DNA of 42,666 nt, from the NCBI RefSeq assembly GCF_001194135.2, contig NC_068981.1, positions 105,058,091 through 105,100,756 on the forward strand. Reading direction: 5' to 3'. Shown piece after piece: positions 23,206 through 36,485 of this stretch. How positions within the stretch are numbered: position 1 is the stretch's first letter; the number at the start of each line of letters is the position of its first letter. The position numbers were made by a program, and so were the translations under genes. The notes beneath the pieces were generated by a model. It saw only the letters and a list, made by a program, of their open reading frames with translations. It did not search any database and was not told the origin of the DNA. Source of the stretch: Octopus bimaculoides. Taxonomy: Eukaryota.

Positions 23206-23506
23206 GAACATTTTTACAACAATTACAAAAATGCTTTTTTGAGTAAAACATCTAGATAGAATATTAAATGATTTCATCGCTAGAACAATACTAAAAATGA
23301 AATATAATTATGGGTTAAACAACAGTACACTAGAAAATTATATATATATATATATNNNNNNNNNNNNNNNNNNNNNNNNNNNNNNNNNNNNNNNNNNNNN
23401 NNNNNNNNNNNNNNNNNNNNNNNNNNNNNNNNNNNNNNNNNNNNNNNNNNNNNNNNNNNNNNNNNNNNNNNNNNNNNNNNNNNNNNNNNNNNNNNNNGGA
23501 CTCTAC

Positions 23507-23676
23507 CGATGCCTGCTTTCAGATAGCTTTGTGAAACCAGAACGCAACTCAAAAATATTCTACAAATACCGAACAAAGACTGAGTAATCGACGATGTCGT
23601 CCAACTGCGAGTAAAGAGAATCAGTATTGAAGTGACAGTAACAAAGCACAGCTGAGTTGTGTGAAAAATCTCGCAT
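23507..23676 (+). repeat. About 170-bp near-identical direct duplication, copy 1 (copy 2 at 24823-24993)
   Basis: Only two substitutions seen by eye (CCGAAC vs CCACAC). Confidence 0.9.
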
Positions 23677-23809
23677 GAGGGTTCGACAATTTCTTATCGA
23701 ACAACCACACAGGTGATTTGTTTATAGTGATCAAATGTTTGTGTACACATAAGCTCACTCCCTCCATCAAATCGACACCACTTGTACAAGTGCAACGGGT
23801 GCCACATGT

Positions 23810-23936
23810 TAGATGACGAAATGATCACAGAGCAACGTAAAATGAAGTGCTTTGCTCAGGAGCACAACGCAACGCCCGATCTGTGTATCGATCTCGCAAT
23901 CATGTGTACAACACCTTAACCACTGAGTCATGCGCC
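23810..23936 (-). mobile_element. tRNA-head SINE fragment related to 41915-42170 and 37990-38230
   Basis: AAGTGCTTTGCTCAGGAGCACAACGC...CTTAACCACTGAGTCATGCGCC. Confidence 0.65.
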
Positions 23937-23942
23937 TTCACA

Positions 23943-24062
<120 letters not shown>

Positions 24063-24500
24063 TTATATATATCTTCGTTATAAGTTCATAAGTCAGAAAA
24101 GAGCATATGCTATAAAAATGAGACCAGTTGTTTATTTTTGTATATGTAAAGTAACAGTTTTAGAGAAATACCATTAGTTTCATATCTAGCGTGAACTAGA
24201 CATATTTCTGAATGATAACTGTTTTCTGCAAAGAATGTTTTTTAAAAAACACAAGAACGCTGGTGATAGCTGAAGAGATATTCCTCTTCAAAAATTATGG
24301 CCGGGTGAGTTGTCTTCCTTCGCTTGATAGCTAGGTTTTCCAGTTTTGAAGTAAAAATTTTCGAAAATGTGGGCAACTCCCCACAGCTTCCGTCCTGGAG
24401 TTCAGGTAGCCTCCTGGCTCATGTGAGTTCATAAGGATTATATATCTTTCTGCCATACACAATTTATATGACCTTGTTCCATTGCGATAGGGTCCACAAG

Positions 24501-24541
<41 letters not shown>

Positions 24542-25228
24542 TGTATGTACCTATGGATGTATATATATATATATGTACAATCAATGGAATTCTGCACAGC
24601 TTTTGTCTACTAAATTTCACTCACTTAACTTTACTTGACTAGATAGTAAGGTTAGAGACATTTGCCTAAAGTGCCGCACGATGTAATCAAAGATGGAACC
24701 ATCTTATGAACAGTGCATCAATAGACAAAGAAATAGAAAACAGACTGTGTTAAGCCAACCTGTACTTTGGCAATAAAAGTTTGTCAATGTCAAACTAGTT
24801 GTATACACGTCAATGGAGATGCCGATGCCTGCTTTCAGATAGCTTTGTGAAACCAGAACGCAACTCAAAAATATTCTACAAATACCACACAAAGACTGAG
24901 TAATCGACGATGTCGTCCAACTGCGAGTAAAGAGAATCAGTATTGAAGTGACAGTAACAAAGCACAGCTGAGTTGTGTGAAAAATCTCGCATGGGTAGCT
25001 TACTCTCAATTTCCTAAAGAAATCTTTAATTCCGAGTTGTAAACGAGAATGCGACGACATAAAGGATGAGAGGCACAAGTTGAAATGAGACAAGATGCCC
25101 CAAACCCAATGATATATAAACCATACAAGTACATTGACAACTAGAAACGAACAGCTGAAAACGTATGCGTGCTACCAAAAACTAGCCATAATCACTGGCC
25201 ATTACAACCATTATAATGCATGCCCTGT

Positions 25229-25611
25229 GGAGGCGCAATGGTCCAGTGGTTAGGGCAGCGGACTCGCGGTCATAGGATCGCGGTTTCGATTCCCAGACCG
25301 GGCGTTGTGAGTGTTTATTGAGCGAAAACACCTAAAAGCTCCACGAGGCTCCAGCAGGGGATGGTGGCGAACACTGCTGTACTCTTCCACCACAACTTTC
25401 TCTCACTCTTACTTCCTGTTTCTGTTGTGCCTGTAATTCAAAGGGTCAGCCTTGTCACACTGTGTCACGCTGAATCTCCCTGAGAACTACGTTAAGGGTA
25501 CACGTATCTGTGGAGTGTTCAGCCACTTGTACGATAATTTCACGAGCAGGCTGTTCCGTTGATCAGATCAACTGGAACCCTCGACGTCGTAAGCGACGGA
25601 GTGCCAAGAAG
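25229..25611 (+). mobile_element. Full-length tRNA(Arg)-like SINE, family 3, with 14-bp TSD
   Basis: Head GGAGGCGCAATGGTCCAGTGGTTAGGGCAGCGGACTCGCGGTCATAGGATCGCGGTTTCGATTCCC; TSD AATGCATGCCCTGT (25215-25228) / AATGCGTGCCCTAT (25612-25625); structured tail. Confidence 0.9.
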
Positions 25612-26697
25612 AATGCGTGCCCTATATGTGTAAGGAACTGTGGAACACGAATTGATTTGCAAGTGCACAAACTCGTTCATTCCCGGAAGACCGCGTCGAG
25701 AAGTTTAGCGTTGACAAAGACAATCGGTTAAAAAAAGTGTTCTTCTAATGTGAATTTCCTATTTGGAACTTTCAGAATTATATGTTCATGCTAACAATAC
25801 ATAACCTAATACCAATAAATATAAATATAAATTTGGCATTTCATATTTGTTATTTCCAGAAGATTTGATACATATTCCTAACTGCGAAATGCATTGTTGT
25901 GCAAATGTCTAATCGTACTGTTGAAGCAAATACGCTTTGAACAATTGACATCATTTCTCTAACTTTTTTTTGACTCGGTTTACTAGTTAGACTCTGTCAT
26001 TTCTAAACTTGTCCAGACCAAACACAAAATAAAATAACAGAATAAATTTATTTGCACAAAACTGTTGTTACTATAAATCGGTAAATATTTCTTCACTGAA
26101 TAGTTTTCCTTTCCACATATGTATTTTTATCCTAACGATTGCAAGAGGTTCTTCAATTATTGTTTGAACAACATTTTGTAACCAACATATAACAAAATTC
26201 CATTTTAGATCTCAATCCTTTATTTGTATTCTTTTCTCTTGTATATGTGAGGATTCTCACATGACAAGAAGCCGTAAAATTCCTCTATAACCGTTTTGCA
26301 ATCTATATAATGCAGAAAAGAAGAAAATTTCTGGTAGCCATTAATATTTTGTCCAAATTTTACATACCAAATCAACCATCCTTCAATGATGGAGGGATAT
26401 ATTCATTCAGTCAGAAGGAAAGAAAATTGGTAGATTACACCTCTTGTATTCGTATAGCTTGTAACATTCCGGATCAAAGCACCTAATGCTAGAGGTTATT
26501 TTAAAGTGATATATTGTCTGTAAATGGCTAGCACGCCGTCTCACTGATCGATCTGAATAACAGTAACAAAACGTAAGCATTCAATTGTTTGTGGACATTT
26601 CAGCTTTTAATCTTCCAGAGGATAATTCATTTCCCATGTTCTGGATTCTCAAACTTCCCTGGTTGCAATCCAATTATATTTACTCTAACCCAGTTTC

Positions 26698-26699
26698 TA

Positions 26700-26753
<54 letters not shown>

Positions 26754-26920
26754 CAGTAGCAGCAGCAGTCGTGGCGGTGGCGGCAGCGGTGGCGGTGGCG
26801 GTGGTGGCGGCAGTTGCGGTGGTGGCGGCAGCGGCGGCTGTGGCTGCGGTAACAGTTTTTGTTGTTGCTGTTTTCGCTGTTGTTGTTGTTACTGTTGTTA
26901 TAGTTACTGTTCTTGCTGGT
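26698..26920. repeat. Compound trinucleotide tract (TAG)n-(GCG/GTG)n-(GTT)n
   Basis: Directly visible. Confidence 0.9.
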
Positions 26921-28731
26921 TTGTAATTGTTATTGTTACGATTTGACGAATTGATTGAAACAGTAGAGCGACGTTATTACATGACTTTCTCGTTTTCAGT
27001 TTGGTCCGTTCACTTTCTTAGTTGAAAATGCACCAGACCACTTCGATAGTTACCCCACTAGGAATTGATATGAGAGGTATCAGTAATTTCCTTTTTTGAT
27101 TAGTTAGTGAAAGAGTAAGGAGTGGAGCGACCACCGTTTCTGTAGTTCCTTCCAAGTCTGTGAAATCGATGCGTAGCGGCCATTGAGCCAGAAACACATG
27201 TCTACGACTGTCCTCTTGTCTCTAGGTAATGAGCACGTGCATTTCCTTAATAGCATATCAACGTTATAGAATTCTCCCCTTCTGAGGGGGAGCTGGTCTT
27301 AATTGCCACTTGGTCATTATGATACATCCCTAAGAGGTGGTAATAGTTTTAATAAATCAAGAATTTATGTCATAGTATTTCATATACCTGTATTTGTCTA
27401 TGTACATGAACATCCATGAGAAAACGTAAACATGCAAGAATTTCTGCAGATTTCGGCATCAAGAAGGGTTAATAAACCAAGATGATTAGAGCAAGCTCGG
27501 TAAAATGTGCGAATAAGATTCTGGTCCATTGGGTGAGTTTGAATAAAACTGATACACTGATTGCTAATTCGTAATACGAGATGCCGAAGTAATAACGATA
27601 GAAAAGGCAAAACCGACGAATCTTTGGTTGTAGCATTTTGACAAAAGAGTCTTCACTGATAAACTAAAATATAGTCTTAAGGATACAGTCAAGAATGTTT
27701 GCGCCGATAGTATCATCGTCCTAGTAAGATGCATTATTGTAAATGTCATATATGTGACATCAGCATGAGAGGTCGTCAGAGATTGTGAAATCTGGCGTCT
27801 GTAACAACTCTGAGGACTTTAACCCTGTATTGCATAAGACTGTTTCTTTGATATGGGTAGTGATTGTAGTTGATGAACATATGCTTTTGTATCCCTACAG
27901 GAGGATTTTTTTGAAGTTTCTGTTCATGAAAACGATGTATGTTCGCGAAATCTTCGTTGCAGGTAAATAAAGATTTTGTGTAGTGGCGCATTGTTATAGT
28001 GAATGGGAATCATTTTCAGATACTTGAACTTCTTAGAACTTATTAGGTCATCGAGAAGATAGACAAACTTTGTTTCCGCACCATAAAGATACGTTCATGT
28101 TTCATCCCCTGTCTCCAGCTTCTGTAATGTATTGTAACCACAAGCCAGTTGTGAAGTAAACTCATGAATCATGACTCATTTATCCGTGAGAATCAATTCA
28201 TCCACTCGCTAGCGATTCGTGTCAGTGTTTGGTGATTATCATCTCCCACAACGCAGTTTGTTTTTCCCTTCTTTAAACTTTCTATACAAGAATCCTATTT
28301 ATTGTATGATCTCCGGAAACAATTTCTATCCTTCTGTGGATGTCGGACATCCTGCACCCCGACTCTTTCGTTGCTTCCCTGCAATGAAGAACAGAAAGAA
28401 GAATTACTATAGAGGAAGTGATACTCTGCCAACATAATGAATGTAAACGACTGATGTTAGTTAATAAAAGTTTTGGCCCATTTTCCTTTGCTTTCTCTAC
28501 AACCCGCGTGTGCGTGCATGTATANNNNNNNNNNNNNNNATATATATATATATATATATATAATTTTAATAAGAGCTTTGACGCTAAATCCATATATATT
28601 AAAGTTTATTACCTATGTATACATTTCTGTATAAGGTCTAATTCAACTCTTAATTCAAGTTAAATAAGTAAATTACCTTACACATCCTCAGGGTAAAAAG
28701 TAAACATCAAAAAAGATTCATAATCTCTAAG

Positions 28732-29320
28732 GTGAAATATATTTGCCACCTAAATGTGGCTAACTCTTAAGGGTTGATGCTACTGTAGCTTGTAGCCCCA
28801 GGAAGACATCTCCTCCAGTTGGCTATTGGCACACTATCTGTGCCCTATCAGTATTTGCAAAGGGAAGTCATTGTTCCCATCTTCAGTCTGATGTGAGCCA
28901 CATTTAGGTGGCAAATATACTTCACAATGTCGTGCAACTACTGTTTATACCTCGCTCAGAGATTTATTATTGCTTCTTTCCAATTTTTCGAGATCAGTGA
29001 CTTTTTGTCACTGGAAAAAGTATATATATATTTACATTGAGAATCATTTCCCCTCACCAACCGGTGGTTGTCACACGCTGATGACGGGTCAATACCCAGA
29101 AACTCGGGTCCGTGTGTATCACGTCAGGCTGGAGATGGGAAAGATGACTTCCTTTTGCAAATACTGATAGGGAACAGATAGTGATAATAGCCAGCTGGAG
29201 GAGATGTCTTCCTGGGGCTACAAGCTACAGTAGCATCAACACTTAAGAGTTAGCCACATTTCGGTGGCAAATATACTTCACGATGTCGTGAAGCTACGGT
29301 TTATACCTCGCTCAGAGATT
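28732..29320. mobile_element. Foldback/MITE with about 160-bp inverted arms (28732-28891 / 29124-29281) and an internal extra copy of the terminus (28896-28964)
   Basis: GGAAGACATCTCCTCCAG vs CTGGAGGAGATGTCTTCC and similar matches; same family as 33708-34042. Confidence 0.85.
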
Positions 29321-29357
<37 letters not shown>

Positions 29358-29963
29358 TTAGGGACAAAATATATATATATATTTGTATGTATAAATATGT
29401 GTGTGTTTCCATACAAATATATATTATACAAACATGTGAGTGCGTATGAGACTATGTATGTATGCATGTATTGCAAGAAAATTTCAACTCTGTCTAATGG
29501 ACTGATTAGGAAAAAAAGGTTGAAAAGATGTAAAACAGATTGGAAAAACATTACATAAAACAAAATTGCGCAACGGCCTTTCTAAAGAAATAAAAAAAAA
29601 GGAATGACCGAATGACAGAATAACAATGTCAGAACAATAAATGGAGGAATAAATGGTAGAATAAAGGAAGGTAACATAAAATAAGGATAAAATGAAACAA
29701 TGCAGGAAAAAAAAGAAAGAGATGATGTGTAAATGTCTAATGGGATTTTTAAAAATCTTTTGGAAATTTTTTTCCGGTTGTCCATTAAAATGGAGAGACT
29801 GAGAATATTGTTCAAATTTAACAGCTTACTGGAGACCAGGAATGTGAAATCTGTAATGTTTCGACTTCAAAATAAAAACTGTAAGCTCTACTTCATGTTT
29901 TGAATACCTTTCTATCTCACTATCTATCTCTTTCTCTCTCTCTCTTTCTCTTTCTCTCTCTCA

Positions 29964-30019
<56 letters not shown>

Positions 30020-30258
30020 TGTGTGTAGATATACATGAGTGTGCGCATACATACACACTCACACAGGCACATACACCACACACACACATACACCACACAC
30101 ACACATACACCACACACACACATATGTGTTGGTTTACATTGATGCTATTTTAATGCACACTCATATATATACATTTGTACACACAGTTATATGTGTTTGT
30201 GTGTGTCTGTGTGTGTCTGTGTACGGGGGGGTGTCTGCGTGTGTGTGTGTGTGCGTGC

Positions 30259-30305
<47 letters not shown>

Positions 30306-30978
30306 NNNNNNNNNNNNNNNNNNNNNNNNNNNNNNNNNNNNNNNNNNNNNNNNNNNNNNNNNNNNNNNNNNNNNNNNNNNNNNNNNNNNNNNNNNNNNNN
30401 NNNNNNNNNNNNNNNNNNNNNNNNNNNNNNNNNNNNNNNNNNNNNNNNNNNNNNNNNNNNNNNNNNNNNNNNNNNNNNNNNNNNNNNNNNNNNNNNNNNN
30501 NNNNNNNNNNNNNNNNNNNNNNNNNNNNNNNNNNNNNNNNNNNNNNNNNNNNNNNNNNNNNNNNNNNNNNNNNNNNNNNNNNNNNNNNNNNNNNNNNNNN
30601 NNNNNNNNNNNNNNNNNNNNNNNNNNNNNNGGGTAAGAATAAAGAAACTACATATTCATTCGATCTTTTATCACAGACTTCTTTGGAATGTTAAGAAAAT
30701 ATTAAAAGAAACTTTAAAGATAAGAATGTCAAAAGAGGGTAACTTTTAACCGTTACGCGTCTTCTACCGTTCCACCTGAAAGAAAACCAGTTCACTTCCT
30801 TAACTCTGCATGACACCAAAAACGTTCGCCTTACGGGCTTAATTTTAGATACATAGTATCACCGCCACCGTCTTTACCCTGTTGCTTTTCAAGTCATTAA
30901 GAGAGGCGACTAAAATTTTAAAATGACCAACCTTAACGTACATAGAAATATTTCTCCAATCATACACTCGCATTTTTC

Positions 30979-31040
30979 ATGTTTCATAGATGGAGTAGCA
31001 TGAATGTGTACCCATGCATGCTACTCCACTTATGAAACAT
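30979..31040. other. 62-nt hairpin (24-bp stem, 14-nt loop)
   Basis: ATGTTTCATAGATGGAGTAGCATG / CATGCTACTCCACTTATGAAACAT; one wobble and one mismatch. Confidence 0.9.
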
Positions 31041-32479
31041 ATATTACGCCCGCATATTTACACATTTTTCCTCCTTATATCTATTCGGTTGAAATTAATT
31101 TTATTGGATAAACTTATAGGATTTTTTCGTATATTTGTAAGGGACGACCGTGCGAACTCATAAAAGGAGAAATGGTGACGAATGGAAAAACAAAGGACTC
31201 CTTTTATTTAAACGAGTCACACGGTCGAACTCACAATATATATCAATGGATGATATACATGATATGTTATACGACGATAACATAGATGACCAGTAATGAA
31301 AGACCACAACCGTATTAGATGAATAACAGATATATTTATTGTAGCGTTAAAGATGTATGTCTGTGTGAGAGTGTGAATGCGACATATAAGAACATAATCA
31401 AAGACAGGCCGTCATACAAAGAAAAGTGTGTATGTGAGTGATACATGTGTGTATGAGTGTTTACAGCAGATAGAAAGAGAGTCAATANNNNNNNNNNNNN
31501 NNNNNNNNNNNNNNNNNNNNNNNNNNNNNNNNNNNNNNNNNNNNNNNNNNNNNNNNNNNNNNNNNNNNNNNNNNNNNNNNNNNNNNNNNNNNNNNNNNNN
31601 NNNNNNNNNNNNNNNNNNNNNNNNNNNNNNNNNNNNNNNNNNNNNNNNNNNNNNNNNNNNNNNNNNNNNNNNNNNNNNNNNNNNNNNNNNNNNNNNNNNN
31701 NNNNNNNNNNNNNNNNNNNNNNNNNNNNNNNNNNNNNNNNNNNNNNNNNNNNNNNNNNNNNNNNNNNNNNNNNNNNNNNNNNNNNNNNNNNNNNNNNNNN
31801 NNNNNNNNNNNNNNNNNNNNNNNNNNNNNNNNNNNNNNNNNNNNNNNNNNNNNNNNNNNNNNNNNNNNNNNNNNNNNNNNNNNNNNNNNNNNNNNNNNNN
31901 NNNNNNNNNNNNNNNNNNNNNNNNNNNNNNNNNNNNNNNNNNNNNNNNNNNNNNNNNNNNNNNNNNNNNNNNNNNNNNNNNNNNNNAGAGAAACTGGACC
32001 GAGACAAATTATTGGGTATGAGTTAAAGCTATTTATAACAAACTATGGGCTCCCGAAGGCTTCAGAATTTTACTCTATCACGTGACCTTATTAGGGGCCG
32101 TGATTGGTCAGTTCGCGTTCTGGCGGGAACGGTTCGAAGAAGTTGCCGATTCGAATAATGATCAGTCACGTGATGGACAAGGAATGGGTTCTCTACTACG
32201 CTCGCATTTATTTATATTTAAATGAGAAGATTGTATGTAATGGCGATAGTAGTTTGTATCTAATGGCGGGAGGTAGTTTCACTACATATTCCTCCATAGT
32301 TCTGTATATTGTGATATTCTTCTCACGTATAATACATACAACTATAGAAATACTTTCAGTATTTATTCTATTTTTCTATAATTTATTTTATTCTTTTTTT
32401 ATTTTATTCTGTTTATTCTATAATTACACCTCGTAACTGCGGCGGATACATTTATACCTAAATATAAATACAGCTATCC

Positions 32480-33018
32480 TATAGTTGTTTCACTTTTAAC
32501 GAAATGACTTGCACAACTCTTCTGTTAAAATGCGATGTGCTGATCCTGTGCTTATTCCCACTTCCCGAACAATTTCCTGGATTGTTACACGACGGTCTCC
32601 CATGACTATTCGACGAACCTTCAGAATCGTTTCGACATGTGGATGACCTGCCTGAGCGTACCTCACTCTCCACTGAGGTGCGAACATGTTTGAAGCGGTT
32701 GTACCACTCCTTTTAATCTGAGTTTTGCCCATGACAAAAGGCCAGCTGGATCTTCTGGAAGGTTTGAGCTTGAGTATTACAAGCTTTTGACCCAATATCT
32801 CTGCCCGACGCATTCGGTGAAAACGAAAATCGGACGAGCGCGCACGACATGTCTGTACTCTAAACGTAACAGACGGGTACTGACGCGGCCTACCGGCGGG
32901 AAAATTTTCATGTATGCGCAGGAAAGTTAGCGTTACCTCCCATCCAAAGGATTTTGCTCATGCGGCATTAGTTTTGGCGAGGAAAATAAAATAGGATACT
33001 TTTTGAACGAATTTTGTA
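32480..33018 (-). mobile_element. mariner (Tc1/mariner) remnant: 5' TIR and frameshifted N-terminal HTH half of the transposase
   Basis: ESEVRSGRSST and ILKVRRIVMGDRRVTIQEIVREVGISTGSAHRILTEEL; TIR-like TACAAAATTCGTTCAAAAAGTATCC on minus. Confidence 0.85.
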
Positions 33019-33513
33019 GTTGCAGACAGTCATTCTAATCCTGGAGAAGTCACACAGATAATCTAATGTCTATTTTTTAACTGTCATGTCTATCTGAACT
33101 CATGAATGGGAGAATGAAGCGTTCATTCCCGATGCACATCAAAATGCTTTCACTGGATTAGGGGTTATGTTGTATCAATGCAGCCGGCTTACCTACACAC
33201 ACACACACTCAGTATCACACCTCACACACACACTATCCCTCCTCTCCCTCACACACACACACATACTTCCTTGTCCACATTTTTATATCAACAATTATGT
33301 ATACATAAACACGTAAGTATAATTCGGGCAGTCAGACGATGGAGAGCAGGCCGAAATTTCGATGTAACTGTCGGCCTTGTTTTTGTGAAAGTATAAAAAT
33401 GCACTCTACAGAATAAGCTTTGAGTTATTCTTAAGCTCAATGATAAATCATTTTTATTTTATATACTTCGACATAAAACCAACATCAATATGTCTGTGCA
33501 TGTGTGTGAATAG

Positions 33514-33554
<41 letters not shown>

Positions 33555-33626
33555 CATACACACATATCTTCATATATGTGTGCGTGCGTGTGTGTTTGTG
33601 TGTGAGTGTGTGTGCGTGTGTGTGTG

Positions 33627-33667
<41 letters not shown>

Positions 33668-33707
33668 ATGTGTTCATATATACAAATTAGTGTGAAAATC
33701 TATATTA

Positions 33708-34042
33708 AATCTCCGAGCGAGAGGTAAGCAGTAACGGTACGGAATCGTAAAATATATGTGCCAACTAAATGTGGTTGTCCCATAGAGGACGATGTTACTG
33801 TTGTTTTTAGCTCCAGGAAGACATCTCTTTCAGCTGGCTAATGACACACTGTCTGTGTCCGATTAGTATTTGCGAGGGGAAGTTATCGCTCCCATCTCTA
33901 GCCTTACGTAATACACACAGATACACAAATATTAATCGGACACAGTGTGTCGTTAGCCAGCTGGAGGAAATGTCTTCCTGGGGCTAAAAACAACAGTAAC
34001 AACGTCCTCTATAGGACCACCACATTTAATTGGCAAATATAT
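33708..34042. mobile_element. Short foldback/MITE (arms 33752-33872 / 33926-34042), same family as 28.7-29.3 kb
   Basis: About 120-bp near-perfect inverted arms; shares AATCTC(C/T)GAGCGAG end and GGAAGACAT motif. Confidence 0.85.
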
Positions 34043-34284
34043 TCTACGAGTGTCAAAATCATTTTCCTAATATCTTGAAATTTTAGCTTTTGTTTCTTTG
34101 GAATAATATTGTGAGATAAATCCGAAGATATTTTTAAAAGCATGGAATCTCTTATTATTGAAAAAACCAGCATATAATAAAAAAAAAAAACTTTTTCTAA
34201 CAAGTTAATCGTGTTCATTAGTCTGGCTTTTTTTTTTTGTTTGCTTTTTTCTTTCTTTCAACATAAATCTAATATTTCTTTCTA

Positions 34285-34487
34285 ACTAGGCAGAAAGCTT
34301 AACATTTTGGGCGAGGATGTTAATCGAATACATCGACCCCATTGTTCAAATGGTACTTATTTTGTCGACCCTGAAAAGATGAAAGGTAAAGTCAACCTCG
34401 GTGCTATCTGAACCCAGAACATAAAGCCGGAAGAAATGCAACTAAGTATTTTGTTCAGCACAATAACAATTCTGCCGGCTCGGTACC
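34285..34487 (-). mobile_element. SINE family 1, diverged
   Basis: TACATCGACCCC...TGGTACTTATTTTGTCGACCC...GATGAAAGGTAAAGTCAACCTCGG. Confidence 0.8.
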
Positions 34488-35244
34488 TTAAATAAATTTA
34501 ATATTGACCATCGGTAACGTCAAAACATTCATGGTGTATTGGTTTCCGTTATTATTTTAAGGTAGTGGAACACCTCCTCTTCCTCCTACGTTGACCATTT
34601 ATAACCTTGAACCAGTGAATCGAATCATATTTATTATAGTTTTATGAGTACAATACATACTTACTTCATCAGCTGCTTCCATTACAGATTTCTAAAATCG
34701 TTTTGGCTCTACACACAAAAGCGTATATCTTTCAATATGTCCAAACTTTCTTTCAATTGATCGTATTAAATTTATTTCCCTGGATTGTCTCAGATTTTTA
34801 AACTCTCAAAAGGGATTTTTGTCTGCTTGTTGCTTCAATAATTTTAACTCACTAAATGTGAGATTCTACTGTATTTGTATTTAGTAAGAAAAGCACTCCC
34901 CCGAAGACTTTTCAGTTAGTCACAATGTTAACGTTCCGTTTCAATATTTCTTGTCCAAGAACTATTGATTTGCTAAACTCTACCTGTATCACGTTTTCTG
35001 GAATAAATGTTTCACAGATATCGCCTAACAAGATGTTGTTCTCCTTTTGATGAGTTTAAAATAGAAGCATCTTCAACAACAAGTTTCATATATAATTTAC
35101 GTCACTGCGCAAATCCTACAAGGGGTTTATGCATAATTTATAATTTATGTCATTGTGCAAAGGAGAATAGGAGCATTTTACATTCATATATGCATATATA
35201 TACATATATGTATATGTGTGTATCTATATCTATATCTAGATAGA

Positions 35245-35286
<42 letters not shown>

Positions 35287-36047
35287 TAAACACAAACATA
35301 CATACTTATATGCATATATATGCATGTAACACACGCGTGTACACACATGTATAAACAATGTACATATGTATACATAGATGAAAAGATTGTTGTATAAAAA
35401 TATGGAATATTGCATATGCGCAGGCATTCACACAAATATGAATGCATAAATACTTTCCATATCAACAACACAAGGACAAACGTCATATAGTGATAGACAA
35501 AAGTGCTGTGTTTTGCTTCCAACAATACCGACATTCTACATGAGAATATAGAATGTCACATTACAATAAACAGAAAAAGAAAATTGTACATTCAACCACG
35601 TCAGTGATTGAAATATATTAAGTCCACCATTTCGTCAATCACAGCAGCTTCCAAGCTTCACCACTAATTCAGTTCTCAATTAAATTGCAAACTGTTAATA
35701 GTTTTAAAGAGGACACCTCCTCAGCTACACTTTAGCATAAATAGTTTGAGATTTGGTTCTATAGAAAAAAGTTACATTGAAATATCTGCGACGTCAAGGC
35801 AGATATTCATCTACAATTAACATAAATCTTTTAATTTTAAATTAAAAATATACCTCTCTTAGGCTTAAATGATAGAAAAATGCATGATGAATTCAGAATC
35901 GCTAGTCGCATTGAACAAAAATTAGTAGAAAAATAGTTATGAGGTAAAATGTTACGAAATTTCATGTCAGTAAGTAAGAGAGTAAGGGAGTAATGCTTCA
36001 GCTATAAGAATAAAGAATATATTTCTAAAATGAATACTTACACCCTA

Positions 36048-36485
36048 AGGTGGAGAGCTGGCAGAAACGTTAACGCGCCGGGGCAAAATGCTTAGCGGTA
36101 TTTTGTCCATCTTTACGTTTTTGAATTCAAATTTCGCCGAAGTCGGCTTTGACGTACAGATTATTCAATTAATTTTTTTTAACTAAACACTTTCAAACTT
36201 CTGATACTGGTAGAATAAGTCACATAGAACAGGGTTTATTCTTAGCGTTTTTGACAAAATTTTGTATTTTAGAAGCGGTATTTCGTCTGTCTTTACTTTC
36301 TGAGTTCAAACTCCGCCGAGGTTGACTTTGCCTTTTATCCATTTCGGATCTATTCAATTAGACGTACAGATTATTTAATTGATTTTTTTTAACTAAACAC
36401 TTTCAAACGTCCGATACTGGTATAATGTGTCACATAGAACAGGGTTTACTCTTAACGTTTTTGACAAAATTTTGTATTTTAGAAG
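36048..36485 (+). repeat. Chimeric tandem: SINE family 1 segment plus 125-bp foldback-arm module, duplicated (36096-36275, 36276-36485)
   Basis: Module GACGTACAGATTATT...TTTAGAAG at 36151-36275 and 36361-36485 resembles 10530-10600. Confidence 0.8.

Noticed and set aside
24704-25093. 129-aa hydrophobic ORF on minus
   Set aside because: No recognisable domain, non-ATG start and overlap with the duplicated segment; unsupported
25229-25304. Possible tRNA-Arg gene
   Set aside because: No proper acceptor stem or T-run terminator; continues into a SINE body and is enclosed by a TSD
26585-26926. Poly-V/A ORF; antisense reads as a mucin-like T/A-rich or Q/P-rich peptide
   Set aside because: Compound trinucleotide tract with an in-frame stop upstream on minus and no usable start or splice acceptor seen
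27398-27991. pogo/Tigger-like PMDQN motif in ORF 27398-27610
   Set aside because: Single short motif; neighbouring DDE motifs could not be found
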